DNA of 64,000 nucleotides from the IMG/VR virus record IMGVR_UViG_3300027810_000002, positions 64,001 through 128,000 of that record. The stretch is one strand, 5' to 3'. Positions 9,830 through 20,707 of the stretch are shown in pieces. Positions within the stretch are counted from its first letter, which is position 1; each line of letters begins with the position of its first letter. This stretch comes from a virus. The translations under genes were made by a program, and so were the position numbers. Below the pieces are notes generated by a model. The model had not been told where the DNA came from and ran no database searches. It saw nothing but the letters and a program-made list of their open reading frames with translations.

Positions 9830-11010
9830 TATTCATGTATATTACCTAGAGATTTTGCAGCCGCTGAGTTTAGCGCATCTCCAATAGTCTGTCCTTGGTC
9901 TACTAAACCATGTACGTTATCTGCAATAACGCTTTGTATATTATTTGCATTTGCAGCAGGACTTGCTATGTTATCAACTCCTTTTACAAAATCTTTATAT
10001 AGATTATTAACAGCCACATTAACTCGACCTACTGTCGCATCCTTAGCCTGTTGTTTTAATTCATTAACTTTTTCGATAGCTGTGTTTTTTAAATCTCCAA
10101 CCGCTCGATCAGCAAACGCCGTTGCTTTTTGAACAGCTTGATCTTTTAGCCAATCTCCTACGCTATTAAGTTCTTTATTCTCTGAGTCAGGTGCTGGTGA
10201 TAAATCATCCGTGTTGTAAACAGATTCTACAATACCATTTAATACCCTAGCTTCCATATCATATAATGCTTCATAGCTTATTGATATTTCTCCTGTTGCT
10301 ACCTCTGGCGTGGCTTTTTGTAAATTTGCAAATAATGTTGTTCCGGATTTTAAATCAAATTCACAAAACTTAAGAGCAAACATAAAATAAGGTTTTCCAC
10401 TTGTTCCTGAAATTCCAGCATTTGCATTATCTATACCTATTTTCGGTTTAAAATTATCCGGAAATCCTCCTAGATCAACTCCACTTAAAGTAGGTTTAGA
10501 CATGTTTTTAATAGCCCTAACTTCAGTAACATAGATATACATTCTGAATTTTCTTAAATTGGTTGGTAAAACCCATGTCCATTTTCTTTCATCGAAAACC
10601 GCTTTTCTATATAAGTGCATTAAACCAGATATTGTCAGGTTAATAGACTCTAAAGTTCCTATAGTTATTACAGCATCATCCCCTCCAAAATAAGGATTTA
10701 ACGGATCATACTGTTGTATTTTTTCTAAACCAGATAAACTTTGCCAAAACCAAGGCATTTCATTATTAATAAGTTTTAAAGCTTTTTTAAAGTTCTGAAG
10801 TGCTTCTAATTTTTCTTTATAATATTCAGACGTTTCTCCTTCAGATGATAGTCTCTTTAAATAATCCTCAGCAGGGTCTGCTAACAGAGGCGAATTGGCA
10901 GCATCTGCAAAATCAAACAGCATAAGAAACGACATGTAAGTTGGATCTTGGTACGGTTGACTTGCTCTTTTACCTTTTCTAAAATCTGATATTTTCTTGA
11001 AATCTGACAT
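9829..11010 (-). CDS. Probable tail tube initiator/baseplate protein
   Basis: 393 aa between hub and spike; tube-like segments (FALKFCEFD, GEISISYE). Confidence 0.5.
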   Translation of the reverse strand: MSDFKKISDFRKGKRASQPYQDPTYMSFLMLFDFADAANSPLLADPAEDYLKRLSSEGETSEYYKEKLEALQNFKKALKLINNEMPWFWQSLSGLEKIQQYDPLNPYFGGDDAVITIGTLESINLTISGLMHLYRKAVFDERKWTWVLPTNLRKFRMYIYVTEVRAIKNMSKPTLSGVDLGGFPDNFKPKIGIDNANAGISGTSGKPYFMFALKFCEFDLKSGTTLFANLQKATPEVATGEISISYEALYDMEARVLNGIVESVYNTDDLSPAPDSENKELNSVGDWLKDQAVQKATAFADRAVGDLKNTAIEKVNELKQQAKDATVGRVNVAVNNLYKDFVKGVDNIASPAANANNIQSVIADNVHGLVDQGQTIGDALNSAAAKSLGNIHE

Positions 11011-11040
11011 ATAGTATATATTCTTATTAGTTTGTAGCTA

Positions 11041-12537
11041 TTAACCTTGTAAATTATTTAATCTACTTGGCCATTCTCTTCTTAAAAGAGTTAAGTGCTG
11101 TCTGATAGCCCCTCCCTTGTATGTATATCTAATAGATCCTATAATATAAAATCCGCTTAAGAATTCATCTACTGCTTGTGCAGATCCGTTGGTTGGTAAA
11201 TCAGGATCTGATTCTGGCTGTGCTTCAAAACCAAGTTCTTCTTTTGTGCTTTTTACCTGTGAATCAACTAAAACCTGTGAATCTGTTTCGTGAAAAATTA
11301 CAATCGGTATTTTTTGATATCTGTATAGTGCAGGATTCCATGTTGATAACTCAATTTCAAGAGTCATTTTATCTAGTTCCTGTAGGTTTTGTTGATTGTG
11401 TATTCCTGCAAAGTTGTAGTTTAAGTGTGTATTGGAAGTCTCAGGGTCACTGTTTCTTCTACCTACATATTTATACTTTATTTCTTGTTTGTATCTCTCC
11501 TCATCCCTACGTCCTTTCATGGGCTCGGCAATGTCCTTCATTTCATTTGAACTTAGTGGTTCAATATCGAAGTTTACTAATCCTTCATCAGAGTCGTTTT
11601 CAAAGTATTGCAATACTCTTTTATAGCCATTTCTTTTTGCAATAGTTCCTGCATTGTTTTTAAGAGAATACTTATCAATATGTAGATTAGATCCTTCAAG
11701 TTCTGACTTTGTGCTAAGTATTAAAGTGCTTGCCATCTCATTCGTTGTATTGCTGGCGTCCGCTCCTTTGGTATCGTTCATATCGTCGTTCATCGCTGCA
11801 ACAGCATCTTCAAAATCATCCTCTGCATTTATCATTATATTTAAGTCAACATATGTTAAATAATAAAAAGGATCGATACAGTATGTTTGAAAAGAATCAT
11901 CATTAACGTATGAGTGTTTTACTAAATTTGTAATAGTATCTATAATAGGCTCGTATGTTGTTACACAATTCATTTCATCGTCTGTTGTGTCAATGTTAGA
12001 AGCTAATCCTATTTTTAAATCAGTAGCTATTTTCTCTAAGTGATCTATTGTTGTTCCTTTGCCATACGATTTACACTGCTCCGCATTCAATCCTGGAATT
12101 TTCATCTCACCAGTAAATGAATACTTAGCTCCACCTGACCCCCTAGATATTACACTAACAGGAGGAGATTCTACGTTTGTAATATCAAAATCTATTCTAA
12201 TATCTTTATAATCGTCTTTTGGTCTAGCCGATAATCTTACTGTTATTACATCACCATCTCTTGGAAAGGAATCTACATTAAATCTAGCGTCATTATCAAC
12301 TACTGTAAGTTCTATTGTTGGAACAAATTCTTCTAATGAAATTTCAAAAGTTTTTATATCTGCTCGATTGAATTGATATCCGTTAATAATTATTAGTGGA
12401 AATTCAACCCCAAGATCTCTAGTTACGTTAGCGTCACCTGGATTGTCGCCCTCTTGCTCTCCAAATGAGTCAAAATTATGTTCATCCAGTTTTATTGTTG
12501 GTTCTAACCTTGTTAAAATTTTACCTTCTAATGCCAT
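11041..12537 (-). CDS. Probable baseplate hub protein (gp27-like)
   Basis: 498 aa; C-terminal LSGFYIIGSIRYTY...LTLLRR typical of hub proteins; synteny with gp53 and gp5. Confidence 0.6.
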   Translation of the reverse strand: MALEGKILTRLEPTIKLDEHNFDSFGEQEGDNPGDANVTRDLGVEFPLIIINGYQFNRADIKTFEISLEEFVPTIELTVVDNDARFNVDSFPRDGDVITVRLSARPKDDYKDIRIDFDITNVESPPVSVISRGSGGAKYSFTGEMKIPGLNAEQCKSYGKGTTIDHLEKIATDLKIGLASNIDTTDDEMNCVTTYEPIIDTITNLVKHSYVNDDSFQTYCIDPFYYLTYVDLNIMINAEDDFEDAVAAMNDDMNDTKGADASNTTNEMASTLILSTKSELEGSNLHIDKYSLKNNAGTIAKRNGYKRVLQYFENDSDEGLVNFDIEPLSSNEMKDIAEPMKGRRDEERYKQEIKYKYVGRRNSDPETSNTHLNYNFAGIHNQQNLQELDKMTLEIELSTWNPALYRYQKIPIVIFHETDSQVLVDSQVKSTKEELGFEAQPESDPDLPTNGSAQAVDEFLSGFYIIGSIRYTYKGGAIRQHLTLLRREWPSRLNNLQG

Positions 12538-12538
12538 T

Positions 12539-13030
12539 CTATAATATTATAGTGTCTCCGTTAATATCGATATTCTTATCTCCGTCTTTTAGTATATTTG
12601 GAGGAACTATTTGTTTTGATCCATTTTGTTTTTGAGCAGCTTTTTTCTTTAGATACTCTGCTCTCTTAGCGTCCTTAACTGTTAATCTCTTAGAGTCAAC
12701 AAACTGATCTCTTATTGATTTATCTTTTTGACTTCCTATTCCTTTAATTGTTTTCCAAGCCTTTAATATTGCGTCTTTATCTGGTATATTTAAAACATCA
12801 CCTTCATTTATTGAAAAAGGATTAGATATATTATTAAATTTTAAAATAAGATCAGAGTAATCTGCAAGCCCGTAATACTTGATTGATATCATATCAATTC
12901 GACATGTCTCATCTGCTGAAACTTCATGGACTGCCCTGATTTCAGCATTTTTAGGAAACAATATAGTTGGTTCGGTTATTCTTAACTTACCATCCTTTAT
13001 TTTTTTATTATTTATAGATTTTAAGTTCAT
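12539..13030 (-). CDS. Baseplate wedge gp53/LysM-like protein
   Basis: RIDMISIKYYG...LILKFNNISNPFSINEGDVLNIP. Confidence 0.8.
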   Translation of the reverse strand: MNLKSINNKKIKDGKLRITEPTILFPKNAEIRAVHEVSADETCRIDMISIKYYGLADYSDLILKFNNISNPFSINEGDVLNIPDKDAILKAWKTIKGIGSQKDKSIRDQFVDSKRLTVKDAKRAEYLKKKAAQKQNGSKQIVPPNILKDGDKNIDINGDTIIL

Positions 13031-13031
13031 A

Positions 13032-14780
13032 TTATCCGTTTGAATGTTTTCTTAATTCTTTGTCCTTTGGTGATTTTTGAGTTTTACCATACGCATTGAC
13101 ATCAACCGTTGCGTTAATATCTATTTCATCTGCAGGTTGTATATAGAATCTACCCCTACCTGTGTTAAACATACTTTCAATTTCTGCCTTATCTCTTGGT
13201 CTTGCTGGTTTTAATGTGATTTCAACAACCATTCTCTCTGGAAAATCTTGTAATCCCATAGGTCCTTCAAAATTAATTGAAGTATCTGTACATGCTAGAT
13301 TACCAATAACCACGATTGGGTTTAGTGGGTTACCGATTGTAACATGCCACTGTCCGGTAGGATCACCAGATAATAAAGCAGCAACTGCTTGACCACCTTG
13401 TGGAGAGTTAAACATCTTCATCATACTACCCGACAGTAAATTGTTAAGAGTATCACCAACCCCTTTCATTCCAAAATCTTTTATAGATTTCGTTATATCA
13501 CCCATAGAAGATCCAGTATTGTTACCTGTAAAATCTGAAACTACAGATTTCATAAACCCTCCGTAATCTCCATTTTTTAATAAATCAACATTACCTAATG
13601 GCCTTGCAACAGATCCATCTCCAATATATCTAACGTCTCCACCCCAGAAAGGTGCGTTATTATATGTTAAAGCTAGCATGTTAGCCAATTGATCTAACAT
13701 TAATATTTTTGGATTTGCTCCTCCTAAATCTCTAAGTTCGTATTCAAATTTTAGTTTAAATTCCTGATCAAACTTTAAACCCTGTTCCCTAACTAATGTT
13801 TTCTTAATAACATTAAGCGGACCAAATACGTGATTTGGATATGTATTACTAAATGAATCATAACCGGCACCACCATTATCTAATCTTTCCTGCTGTGCCT
13901 GTGTTCTACCTGATGCAGCGTTACTTGCAGCTTTAAGTACTTTATTATTGTTAATTATACCACCAACTTTACCTGAACTTGCATTATTCTGCGACTGTAC
14001 CGTTTGAACCTCTGCCTCTGCTTCTTTCCAATTAAAACCATGCGAAAATTTCATGATTTCCGCCATAGTATTTCCAGTTGCTTCACTTAACCATGTAACT
14101 GCTCTTGCAATATCAGGCTCTTGTGAGTTTGCTCCTGTTAATCCTAAAGGACTAATGATATCATCAGGCGCAGGGCCTGTAAATCTTCGTAGAGTTATCA
14201 TCATGTTGTTTGGAATTCTACCAAAGTATTTCGCCATAGCAAAATCTGAATATTGATATTTATATCCGTTACTACCACCAGCATCTGTCATTTCGATAAT
14301 TCTAGATGCAGTCGGGTTAATTAAAGTTCTTGGATCTATTTTGTTAAAAAACTTACTTTTATTTGAATCACCCTTACCTCCTTCTCCGAACAACGGAGTA
14401 CCTCTAAAATTAATTAATGAGTATTTATTGAAAAGAGAATATGGTCTTTTACCTAAAGTTATATTGGCGTTACCTTCTCCATCTTTATGTTTATACGAAT
14501 CTACGTCTTGATTGTAAAAAACATCAACATTTCTAGTAGCTCTAGTTTCTTGTGTAATTGCATTAACACTTGCTGCGATGTTTAAACTGGAATCTTCTTC
14601 AATAGAAGATTTTAAAGAGTTTTCATTATTCTTAATTCTTAATTGAGCGTTAACCCCATCAGGGTTTTCAATATCGAATAAGTCGTTAAGTTTATCTTTG
14701 AGTGTACTAACCCCTAGTTCGCTCACTTGCGTGATTGCGTCACTTGAGTTATTTATACCTCCACTAATGTCTAAGCTCAT
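13032..14780 (-). CDS. Probable tail tube/baseplate junction protein
   Basis: 582 aa; NLACTDTSINFEGP...FPERMVVEITLK resembles the gp48/tube fold; late-type promoter upstream. Confidence 0.5.
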   Translation of the reverse strand: MSLDISGGINNSSDAITQVSELGVSTLKDKLNDLFDIENPDGVNAQLRIKNNENSLKSSIEEDSSLNIAASVNAITQETRATRNVDVFYNQDVDSYKHKDGEGNANITLGKRPYSLFNKYSLINFRGTPLFGEGGKGDSNKSKFFNKIDPRTLINPTASRIIEMTDAGGSNGYKYQYSDFAMAKYFGRIPNNMMITLRRFTGPAPDDIISPLGLTGANSQEPDIARAVTWLSEATGNTMAEIMKFSHGFNWKEAEAEVQTVQSQNNASSGKVGGIINNNKVLKAASNAASGRTQAQQERLDNGGAGYDSFSNTYPNHVFGPLNVIKKTLVREQGLKFDQEFKLKFEYELRDLGGANPKILMLDQLANMLALTYNNAPFWGGDVRYIGDGSVARPLGNVDLLKNGDYGGFMKSVVSDFTGNNTGSSMGDITKSIKDFGMKGVGDTLNNLLSGSMMKMFNSPQGGQAVAALLSGDPTGQWHVTIGNPLNPIVVIGNLACTDTSINFEGPMGLQDFPERMVVEITLKPARPRDKAEIESMFNTGRGRFYIQPADEIDINATVDVNAYGKTQKSPKDKELRKHSNG

Positions 14781-14836
14781 ATATATTATTACTATTGTTT
14801 TTATACGTAGTAAGTATATATATTAAGATTAATCTA

Positions 14837-15427
14837 CTACCCTTTTAAGTTATCGTACTCTGGGCCCATTGGTCGAAATAATAATTTGTTGAAGTATTCT
14901 GGATCTGTAGGCGCGCGATCCCCTAGAAACTTTTTAAGATGTGCCTCGAAGACTCCTTTAGATTCATAATAATATTTACCCTTAGAATAAGAAACCCTTG
15001 AGGACTTTTCATATAGCTCCCTGATCTCTTTTTCAATTAAAAAATCTTGAATATTAAGATAAAGCTTCTGTACTTGGTTAAATGTTTTAGTGCACATCAC
15101 GGAATCTATAGTAATCATATAGGTTTCTGAATTAGCGTCTAAATGTTTTTGAAGTTCTTTTTTATTTTTAATATTAGATCTATTAAATCCAAAGACAGTA
15201 GTTCCTCCATTAAAATTCTTTTCAAATTTCATTCCAAAGAAATATCTTTTAAGAAAATTAATATCATCGTAGAACTTAACTATTCTAACATGATACTTCG
15301 GCATTGTTTCGTCGAATTTTACATCATATATTAATACTCTAACCGGGAAAACAATATTTGAATATCTAGAGTTTGAAATAAGAGCATGGACGTGTTCACC
15401 TTTATTAAATAAGCGATGCCTAATCAT
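14837..15427 (-). CDS. Hypothetical protein
   Basis: 196 aa ORF, coupled operon. Confidence 0.7.
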   Translation of the reverse strand: MIRHRLFNKGEHVHALISNSRYSNIVFPVRVLIYDVKFDETMPKYHVRIVKFYDDINFLKRYFFGMKFEKNFNGGTTVFGFNRSNIKNKKELQKHLDANSETYMITIDSVMCTKTFNQVQKLYLNIQDFLIEKEIRELYEKSSRVSYSKGKYYYESKGVFEAHLKKFLGDRAPTDPEYFNKLLFRPMGPEYDNLKG

Positions 15428-15827
15428 TGTCTACAAATTTAACGAAGTCGAATTGATTTAATATATTTTTGCTGGGTACTTTATCCATGTTTAATGAATT
15501 AAGAATAAATTCTATTTTCATGTCAGTGTAACTAGCGACCATCTTTTTAAAATTAGATATAACAATAGGATCGAGATCTCTAAATGTATATACTATTGTT
15601 GTGGTTTTTTTCTTTTCAGAATTTATCGTAGTTCTAAATGAATTCATAATATTTAAACCTATCACGGAATCACTAGGTTCGTTACTATATGGATCTGCTT
15701 TAATTAACTTGTTTTTAATAATAGAAAAGTCGATGACCGTCAAATTCGGATCTTCAATAGCCCTTACGAACTTGTTAAAATCTCTTTTCGACTTACACCA
15801 AACACATTCTATCTTTATGTTATCCAT
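15420..15827 (-). CDS. Hypothetical protein
   Basis: Likely start MDNIK at 15827, overlapping upstream stop. Confidence 0.65.
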   Translation of the reverse strand: MDNIKIECVWCKSKRDFNKFVRAIEDPNLTVIDFSIIKNKLIKADPYSNEPSDSVIGLNIMNSFRTTINSEKKKTTTIVYTFRDLDPIVISNFKKMVASYTDMKIEFILNSLNMDKVPSKNILNQFDFVKFVDND

Positions 15828-16134
15828 TATTAGTTTGTTCAAGGTTCGATATACTCGCCTTGAGATTCTTTATTTTAAAGGAGATTTCCTTTTCAGTTGG
15901 TTTGTAATTACTTCCCCAATCGCTGTTGATTTGTATTTGACTTTTAGAATTTGAATTACCAAACTCTAATCCCAAATCAATACAGAGTTCTTCGATGAAT
16001 TTTATTTTATTTAAAATAGAATCAAATTCATATACTGTAGTTGATTCGTACTCTTCACCTCCACCGTTTATATTGTCGTCGTAAACTGATTTTATTACGC
16101 CATTATCTGCTAGCGTTATTTTAATTTCCTGCAT
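15820..16134 (-). CDS. Hypothetical protein
   Basis: 104 aa ORF, coupled operon. Confidence 0.65.
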   Translation of the reverse strand: MQEIKITLADNGVIKSVYDDNINGGGEEYESTTVYEFDSILNKIKFIEELCIDLGLEFGNSNSKSQIQINSDWGSNYKPTEKEISFKIKNLKASISNLEQTNNG

Positions 16135-16504
16135 TTTTTCTACTAGCTAAAGATTGTTGAGCTTCTTTTCTTAATAAGTTTGCCTGTTTTTTGTCGGCTC
16201 TGTAAGTTTCTCTATCTTTAACAGCAGTAAGTGTCCATGCTTCTTCTAGTTTTACGATTTCTTCTGCGTTATATCCAGAAGTAGACCATGTTTCTTTTAA
16301 TTTATTTAGACTTACTATCAACTGCTCTTCAATAGAATCTAATCTTCTTTTTTCATTAGCTGTTTCCATTGATCGACCGTCTTCTGCCATTTTATTGTGC
16401 CATGCAATTCCTTGCTCTGAGAATCTTCCAAACATATTTTTTACTTTTAAAAAACCTGCTTTCTTAAACTCTCCTCTTCTTTGTCTTCTTGATGATGTTG
16501 CCAT
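16121..16504 (-). CDS. Hypothetical basic helical protein
   Basis: 127 aa; Arg-rich N-terminus SSRRQRR. Confidence 0.7.
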   Translation of the reverse strand: MATSSRRQRRGEFKKAGFLKVKNMFGRFSEQGIAWHNKMAEDGRSMETANEKRRLDSIEEQLIVSLNKLKETWSTSGYNAEEIVKLEEAWTLTAVKDRETYRADKKQANLLRKEAQQSLASRKNAGN

Positions 16505-16549
16505 TAGTTTCTCGTGTTATGTTGTTAAATATTATTTATCTAAATTATA

Positions 16550-17059
16550 TTAGCTATAGTATTCTGATAAGAAATCAGTAACATTAGCCTTAATGTATTC
16601 TTGTAATTTGCTTATCTCTATTTGCGACATAGCTACTTCTGAAATTTCCTGATTAAGATCTTCTGTTTCCATACCCTCGCCTAACATTGAATAGAGTTGT
16701 GGTGTTGGAATATTAAGATTGATTTGAATAGGAACGTTCACCACGTTTTTCTTGCTCATCTTTAATATCATTTTTCCGAGTACTGAAGGTTCTACTTCAA
16801 TCGGATCTTTTGATACTATAGGCGGGGTCGTAATATTTGCTTTTTCTTTTTTTGATGAAAGTAGAGGGTTCGCTCCTGGAAAAGGTATTTCTCCATTAAT
16901 GACCGGCTCTAGAAATTCTGATAGAACGGTCTTAAATATTCTCTGTCCGTTTGTAAAAATTACAAATTCACCATCCTCAGATTCAACATTAACTATACTC
17001 CCGAAGTTTTCTCCTTTTTTCCACTGATACTGTTTTAAATCACCTTGCACTTCTGTCAT
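16550..17059 (-). CDS. Hypothetical protein
   Basis: 169 aa behind AAAC-N17-TATAA promoter at 17077-17102. Confidence 0.7.
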   Translation of the reverse strand: MTEVQGDLKQYQWKKGENFGSIVNVESEDGEFVIFTNGQRIFKTVLSEFLEPVINGEIPFPGANPLLSSKKEKANITTPPIVSKDPIEVEPSVLGKMILKMSKKNVVNVPIQINLNIPTPQLYSMLGEGMETEDLNQEISEVAMSQIEISKLQEYIKANVTDFLSEYYS

Positions 17060-17100
17060 TTTAAATTATTTAATAGTTATACTAAAAAAATCTATTTTGT

Positions 17101-17280
17101 TTATTTTAAAGCACCTGCATGATCCTCTGCGAACTCTTCAATATAGTTTATTGATTCACTAGGGCCTATCACTGCGTCAGGGCTCGTTATGTATATTTTA
17201 TAAAAGAAAGAGTCACCTAACTCGATTCTTTTTCTTTTTAAATCTTCTAATTTTGGTAGATATCTTTTATTGAATCCCAT
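17101..17280 (-). CDS. Small phage protein (MGFNKRY...), 59 aa
   Basis: Open frame MGFNKRYLPKLEDL...DAVIGP...ALK* fills the gap after the dCMP deaminase gene; below ORF-track cutoff. Confidence 0.7.
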   Translation of the reverse strand: MGFNKRYLPKLEDLKRKRIELGDSFFYKIYITSPDAVIGPSESINYIEEFAEDHAGALK

Positions 17281-17692
17281 TCCACGTATTTACTTGTTTA
17301 ACTTCAATTCCTGCGGTTTCTAAGAGATCAACTCCGCTCATATCTCTGTATTCTTCAGTATAATATACCATTTTAATCCCGGCTTGTATAATCAATTTAG
17401 CACATCCAAAACATGGACATGTTGTTGTGTATAGCTCAGCGCCAACGCAACTCATAGTCGATTTTGCAACTTTCATAATTGCATTTGATTCTGCGTGTAA
17501 AACTGCGGGGTTTGTTACATTACCATCTTCACATGTATTATCAAAGCCATGTGGCATACCATTATAACCGAATGAAATTACTTGATGATCTTTTACAATG
17601 ACACACCCTACTTTACGTCTTTCTGCGTAACTAAGTTGAGCAAACTGATATGCGGTTTGCATGTATACTAATTCTATTGGTATTCTTGGCAT
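17267..17692 (-). CDS. dCMP deaminase
   Basis: HAESNAI and PCFGC zinc-deaminase motifs, GYNGMP. Confidence 0.9.
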   Translation of the reverse strand: MPRIPIELVYMQTAYQFAQLSYAERRKVGCVIVKDHQVISFGYNGMPHGFDNTCEDGNVTNPAVLHAESNAIMKVAKSTMSCVGAELYTTTCPCFGCAKLIIQAGIKMVYYTEEYRDMSGVDLLETAGIEVKQVNTWNGIQ

Positions 17693-17738
17693 ATTATTAT
17701 ATTATAATATTTATACCAATTAGTCGGGTATTGTTTAC

Positions 17739-17768
17739 AAAAAAAGCCCGGATTTCTCCAGGCTTTTA
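17739..17768 (-). terminator. Intrinsic terminator
   Basis: aaaagcctggagaaatccgggcttttttt on minus strand. Confidence 0.75.
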
Positions 17769-17789
17769 GTTTTATATTTAAAAAATGAA

Positions 17790-18731
17790 TTACTCTACAT
17801 GAGTAGCGTCGTCAGCTAATTCAGATTCTTTCATTTCATTAATTTTAGTAGTATATGATTCGATCATTGAATTACAAGCTGCTTCATATGCTTCAGTTGA
17901 ATAATCTTCTTTCATTTCTTTAAGAGATCCAGCTGCTAATGTTGCAACTAACGCTGCGTTTTCAGCCATGTAAGATTCTACAGTGTGAGAGTCATGTGCG
18001 TCTTCTTCCCATACTTTAGCTTCGTTTTTACAAGATTCATAAACTTCTTTTAACATCGATGCTACTGCGATTGCAGCTGCAGGATTTTCGTTTACTTCTT
18101 CTTCAGATTCTTCCTCTTCTTCAACTTTAACTTCTTCAGATTCTTCAACCTTATAAGTTTTTCCGTCAAATTCAAATTCTTTATCTCCAGCTTCTTTGGC
18201 TTTTCTAACTGCGTCTCCAAAAGCATTACCTTCTTCAACTTCTTCAACTTCTTCTTCTTCAACCTTAACTTCTTTAGATTCTTCAACCTCTTCAGATTCT
18301 TCAACTTTAAAAGTTTCACCGTCAAATTCAAATTCAGTTTCACCAGCTTCTTTAGCTTTTCTAACTGCATCTCCAAAAGCATTACCTTCTTCAATTGCTT
18401 TAACTTTAACTGTAAATGTCTCTTCTGATTCTTCGATGTACTCTGCTAAGTCAGCATCGTCCCATCCATATTGAGAATCTGCTAATACTGTTTCAAGATC
18501 TTCTTTTTTCCCTGTTAGTTCAACTTCTGGAAATCCTGAAGGACCGTTTTGGTCGATAACTTCCATAGAAACTTTGTTTTTCTTAAGTAATTTTACAAGA
18601 CCTTTTGATTTTGGGTCAACTGCATCCATTATAACAGAAGCTTCCTGAACTTCTAGATTGTTGATTTCTTCTTGATTGGCGGTAGCTTGCTTTTCAGCAA
18701 CATACTGCTCAAACGATTTTAATTTAGCCAT
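17790..18731 (-). CDS. Highly acidic internal head/scaffold-like protein
   Basis: Glu-rich; duplicated EEGNAFGDAVRKAKEAG(E/D)xEFEFDG module; N-terminal MAKLKSFEQYVAE. Confidence 0.6.
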   Translation of the reverse strand: MAKLKSFEQYVAEKQATANQEEINNLEVQEASVIMDAVDPKSKGLVKLLKKNKVSMEVIDQNGPSGFPEVELTGKKEDLETVLADSQYGWDDADLAEYIEESEETFTVKVKAIEEGNAFGDAVRKAKEAGETEFEFDGETFKVEESEEVEESKEVKVEEEEVEEVEEGNAFGDAVRKAKEAGDKEFEFDGKTYKVEESEEVKVEEEEESEEEVNENPAAAIAVASMLKEVYESCKNEAKVWEEDAHDSHTVESYMAENAALVATLAAGSLKEMKEDYSTEAYEAACNSMIESYTTKINEMKESELADDATHVE

Positions 18732-18780
18732 AATATAATTTATTTTATTGTTTTTTATTATTAATCTATATATCTATGAA

Positions 18781-19812
18781 TTAAATGATAGTTTCTTTAC
18801 CATCAATAATGTCCTGATAGTTAACTCGACCCTTAGATCTTTTAATTTGATCTTCATTTTCTTCTAAGTTTATTTTATAAATAGGTCTAATATACTCTTC
18901 ATTTAAATACGTCTTGAACTCCTGTGTTAGTTGTTCTTTATAAAAATCCTCGTATACCGCAACATAAACTCTAGCCATTTTATCTGCTGCCATTCCTGAA
19001 GCTGAATTGATCTCAGCAACCCAACATTCACCAGATTTATCTACCATTAAATCAATTGACCAAAGCCCAAGCTTTAATTTTTCTCTAACAGTTTTGCAGA
19101 TATCAGTTATTTTATCCATAAAATCTAATTTACTCACATCTTGATCGACGTATGTAAATTCAGTTTTTTCATCTGATTTTTTATCTTTAATTTCATTCTC
19201 AGTCGCTGATACTCTTTCATGAACTAATATTACAGTATCATTTACTAATAAAATTCTAAATTCAGTATCTAGATCTTTAGCTTCTGAATAGTTTTGAAAT
19301 TCTCCTTTACTTTTTTCTAAGTCTTCATAAGAATCGAAAATCTCAATACCCATTCCGGAGTGTCCATCATCTGGTTTTGCAATTACAGGAAATTCTAAAT
19401 CTTTTGTATCTTCTTTTTTATACACAGCCTTTGGTATAAAATCTGAATCTTGAAACATTTTATAAAAGTCAGTTTTATTACCAGCAATCTTCATAGCTTC
19501 TGGTACATTGTACATAACGTCCTCTGACATATTATACTTCTCTAAAAAATCTAAGCCTTCTTTTGTATTTCCACCATAATAAATAAGAGGTAGCTTTGAG
19601 TTGACTTCTAAATCCTTTCCATAATCTCCCTTTGCATAAAAAGCATTGTATAATTCTTTTAAACAAATTTCATTTACTTCGCCATATATACTGTTGTCTG
19701 TGCCGGTAAGGCCTCTTACCTTTTCTCCCGCCAATATAAAATTAACTTTTTTTAGATAATCTTTATTAGATTTTTCAAATAGAAATCTCTCGAATAGTTT
19801 GACTCTTTTCAT
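18781..19812 (-). CDS. RimK-like ATP-grasp ligase with N-terminal KLFE motif
   Basis: FPVIAKPDDGHSGMGI, EFRILLV, IDLMVD...VAEINSASG. Confidence 0.8.
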   Translation of the reverse strand: MKRVKLFERFLFEKSNKDYLKKVNFILAGEKVRGLTGTDNSIYGEVNEICLKELYNAFYAKGDYGKDLEVNSKLPLIYYGGNTKEGLDFLEKYNMSEDVMYNVPEAMKIAGNKTDFYKMFQDSDFIPKAVYKKEDTKDLEFPVIAKPDDGHSGMGIEIFDSYEDLEKSKGEFQNYSEAKDLDTEFRILLVNDTVILVHERVSATENEIKDKKSDEKTEFTYVDQDVSKLDFMDKITDICKTVREKLKLGLWSIDLMVDKSGECWVAEINSASGMAADKMARVYVAVYEDFYKEQLTQEFKTYLNEEYIRPIYKINLEENEDQIKRSKGRVNYQDIIDGKETII

Positions 19813-19826
19813 GCTAGCTTCTTTAT

Positions 19827-20174
19827 TTATACCTTATATATCTTAATTTTAAGATTCGTTGTTCCCGGTAGTATTCTATGAATAACCCCAGTTGGTATTT
19901 TTATATCTACACCAACTATCAGCGGAGTTGGTAATTCATTGTCATATTGAAATCTCCAGTCGGAATCTTCTAATACTTCAATAACCCTATCTTCAGGGTC
20001 GCTGTGCCATTTATATAAGTGTTCTGGATAACTTGGATCGAATGTTCTTATAATATAATCATCATACTGCTCTTCAACGAAGGGCTTGGTTTGATCATCT
20101 ATGTTGGATATCAATTCCTCCATTGACATACTACCGCATTTACAAGATTTACATTTACAATCTTTATCTACCAT
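19827..20174 (-). CDS. Cupin-like small phage protein
   Basis: WHSDPEDR...WRFQYDNELP...IPTGVIHRI; probable start MVDKDC at 20174. Confidence 0.6.
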   Translation of the reverse strand: MVDKDCKCKSCKCGSMSMEELISNIDDQTKPFVEEQYDDYIIRTFDPSYPEHLYKWHSDPEDRVIEVLEDSDWRFQYDNELPTPLIVGVDIKIPTGVIHRILPGTTNLKIKIYKV

Positions 20175-20707
20175 GGCTGATCTGATTTTAAACCTAATTG
20201 TTTTCCAAAAAGAGTTGGTCCATAACATGCCCAGAATCCGGCTTTCATTGGATCCATCTTTGCGGCTTTATCACAACCGTGTCGAGCCCAAAAACTAGCA
20301 GATTTTCCAGGATCATCGTTTTTAACTGTAAGGTTTGGATCTCCCCATTCTACCTTTTTTGCTAATACGTTCCCTTCTTTGTCTTTTCTACCTCCGTCTC
20401 TATATACTATAAACTTCTTACCTCCACCTCGTTCTGGTGAATCTAATTTAACTTTAATTGTCTTTCCTCCGCGTGGAGTATAAAGAGCAGGCTTACCTAC
20501 ATCTAGATTTTTAGCCATCCAGCCTGAAGGTCCTTTTAGAACAATGTTGTTTTTGTCCCAGTATTCTTTAACCTCTTCAAATAGTTTAGAATAAGCATCG
20601 CTACCTAATCTAAAGAATGAATTAGTTAAATTTAAATCTTCTTCAATATGTGCCTTTAATTCTGGTGAAACCTTTTCCCAAGCTTCAAATGTTTTTATAA
20701 ATTTCAT
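20168..20707 (-). CDS. Conserved phage protein (FWARHxC...GFWAC), putative internal head protein
   Basis: KKVEWGDP...SFWARHGCD...KAGFWAC; N-terminal MKFIKTFE. Confidence 0.65.
   Translation of the reverse strand: MKFIKTFEAWEKVSPELKAHIEEDLNLTNSFFRLGSDAYSKLFEEVKEYWDKNNIVLKGPSGWMAKNLDVGKPALYTPRGGKTIKVKLDSPERGGGKKFIVYRDGGRKDKEGNVLAKKVEWGDPNLTVKNDDPGKSASFWARHGCDKAAKMDPMKAGFWACYGPTLFGKQLGLKSDQPW

Noticed and set aside
18092-18474. Lys/Leu-rich and Ser-rich ORFs overlapping 17790..18731
   Set aside because: Shadow frames of the GAA-rich acidic gene
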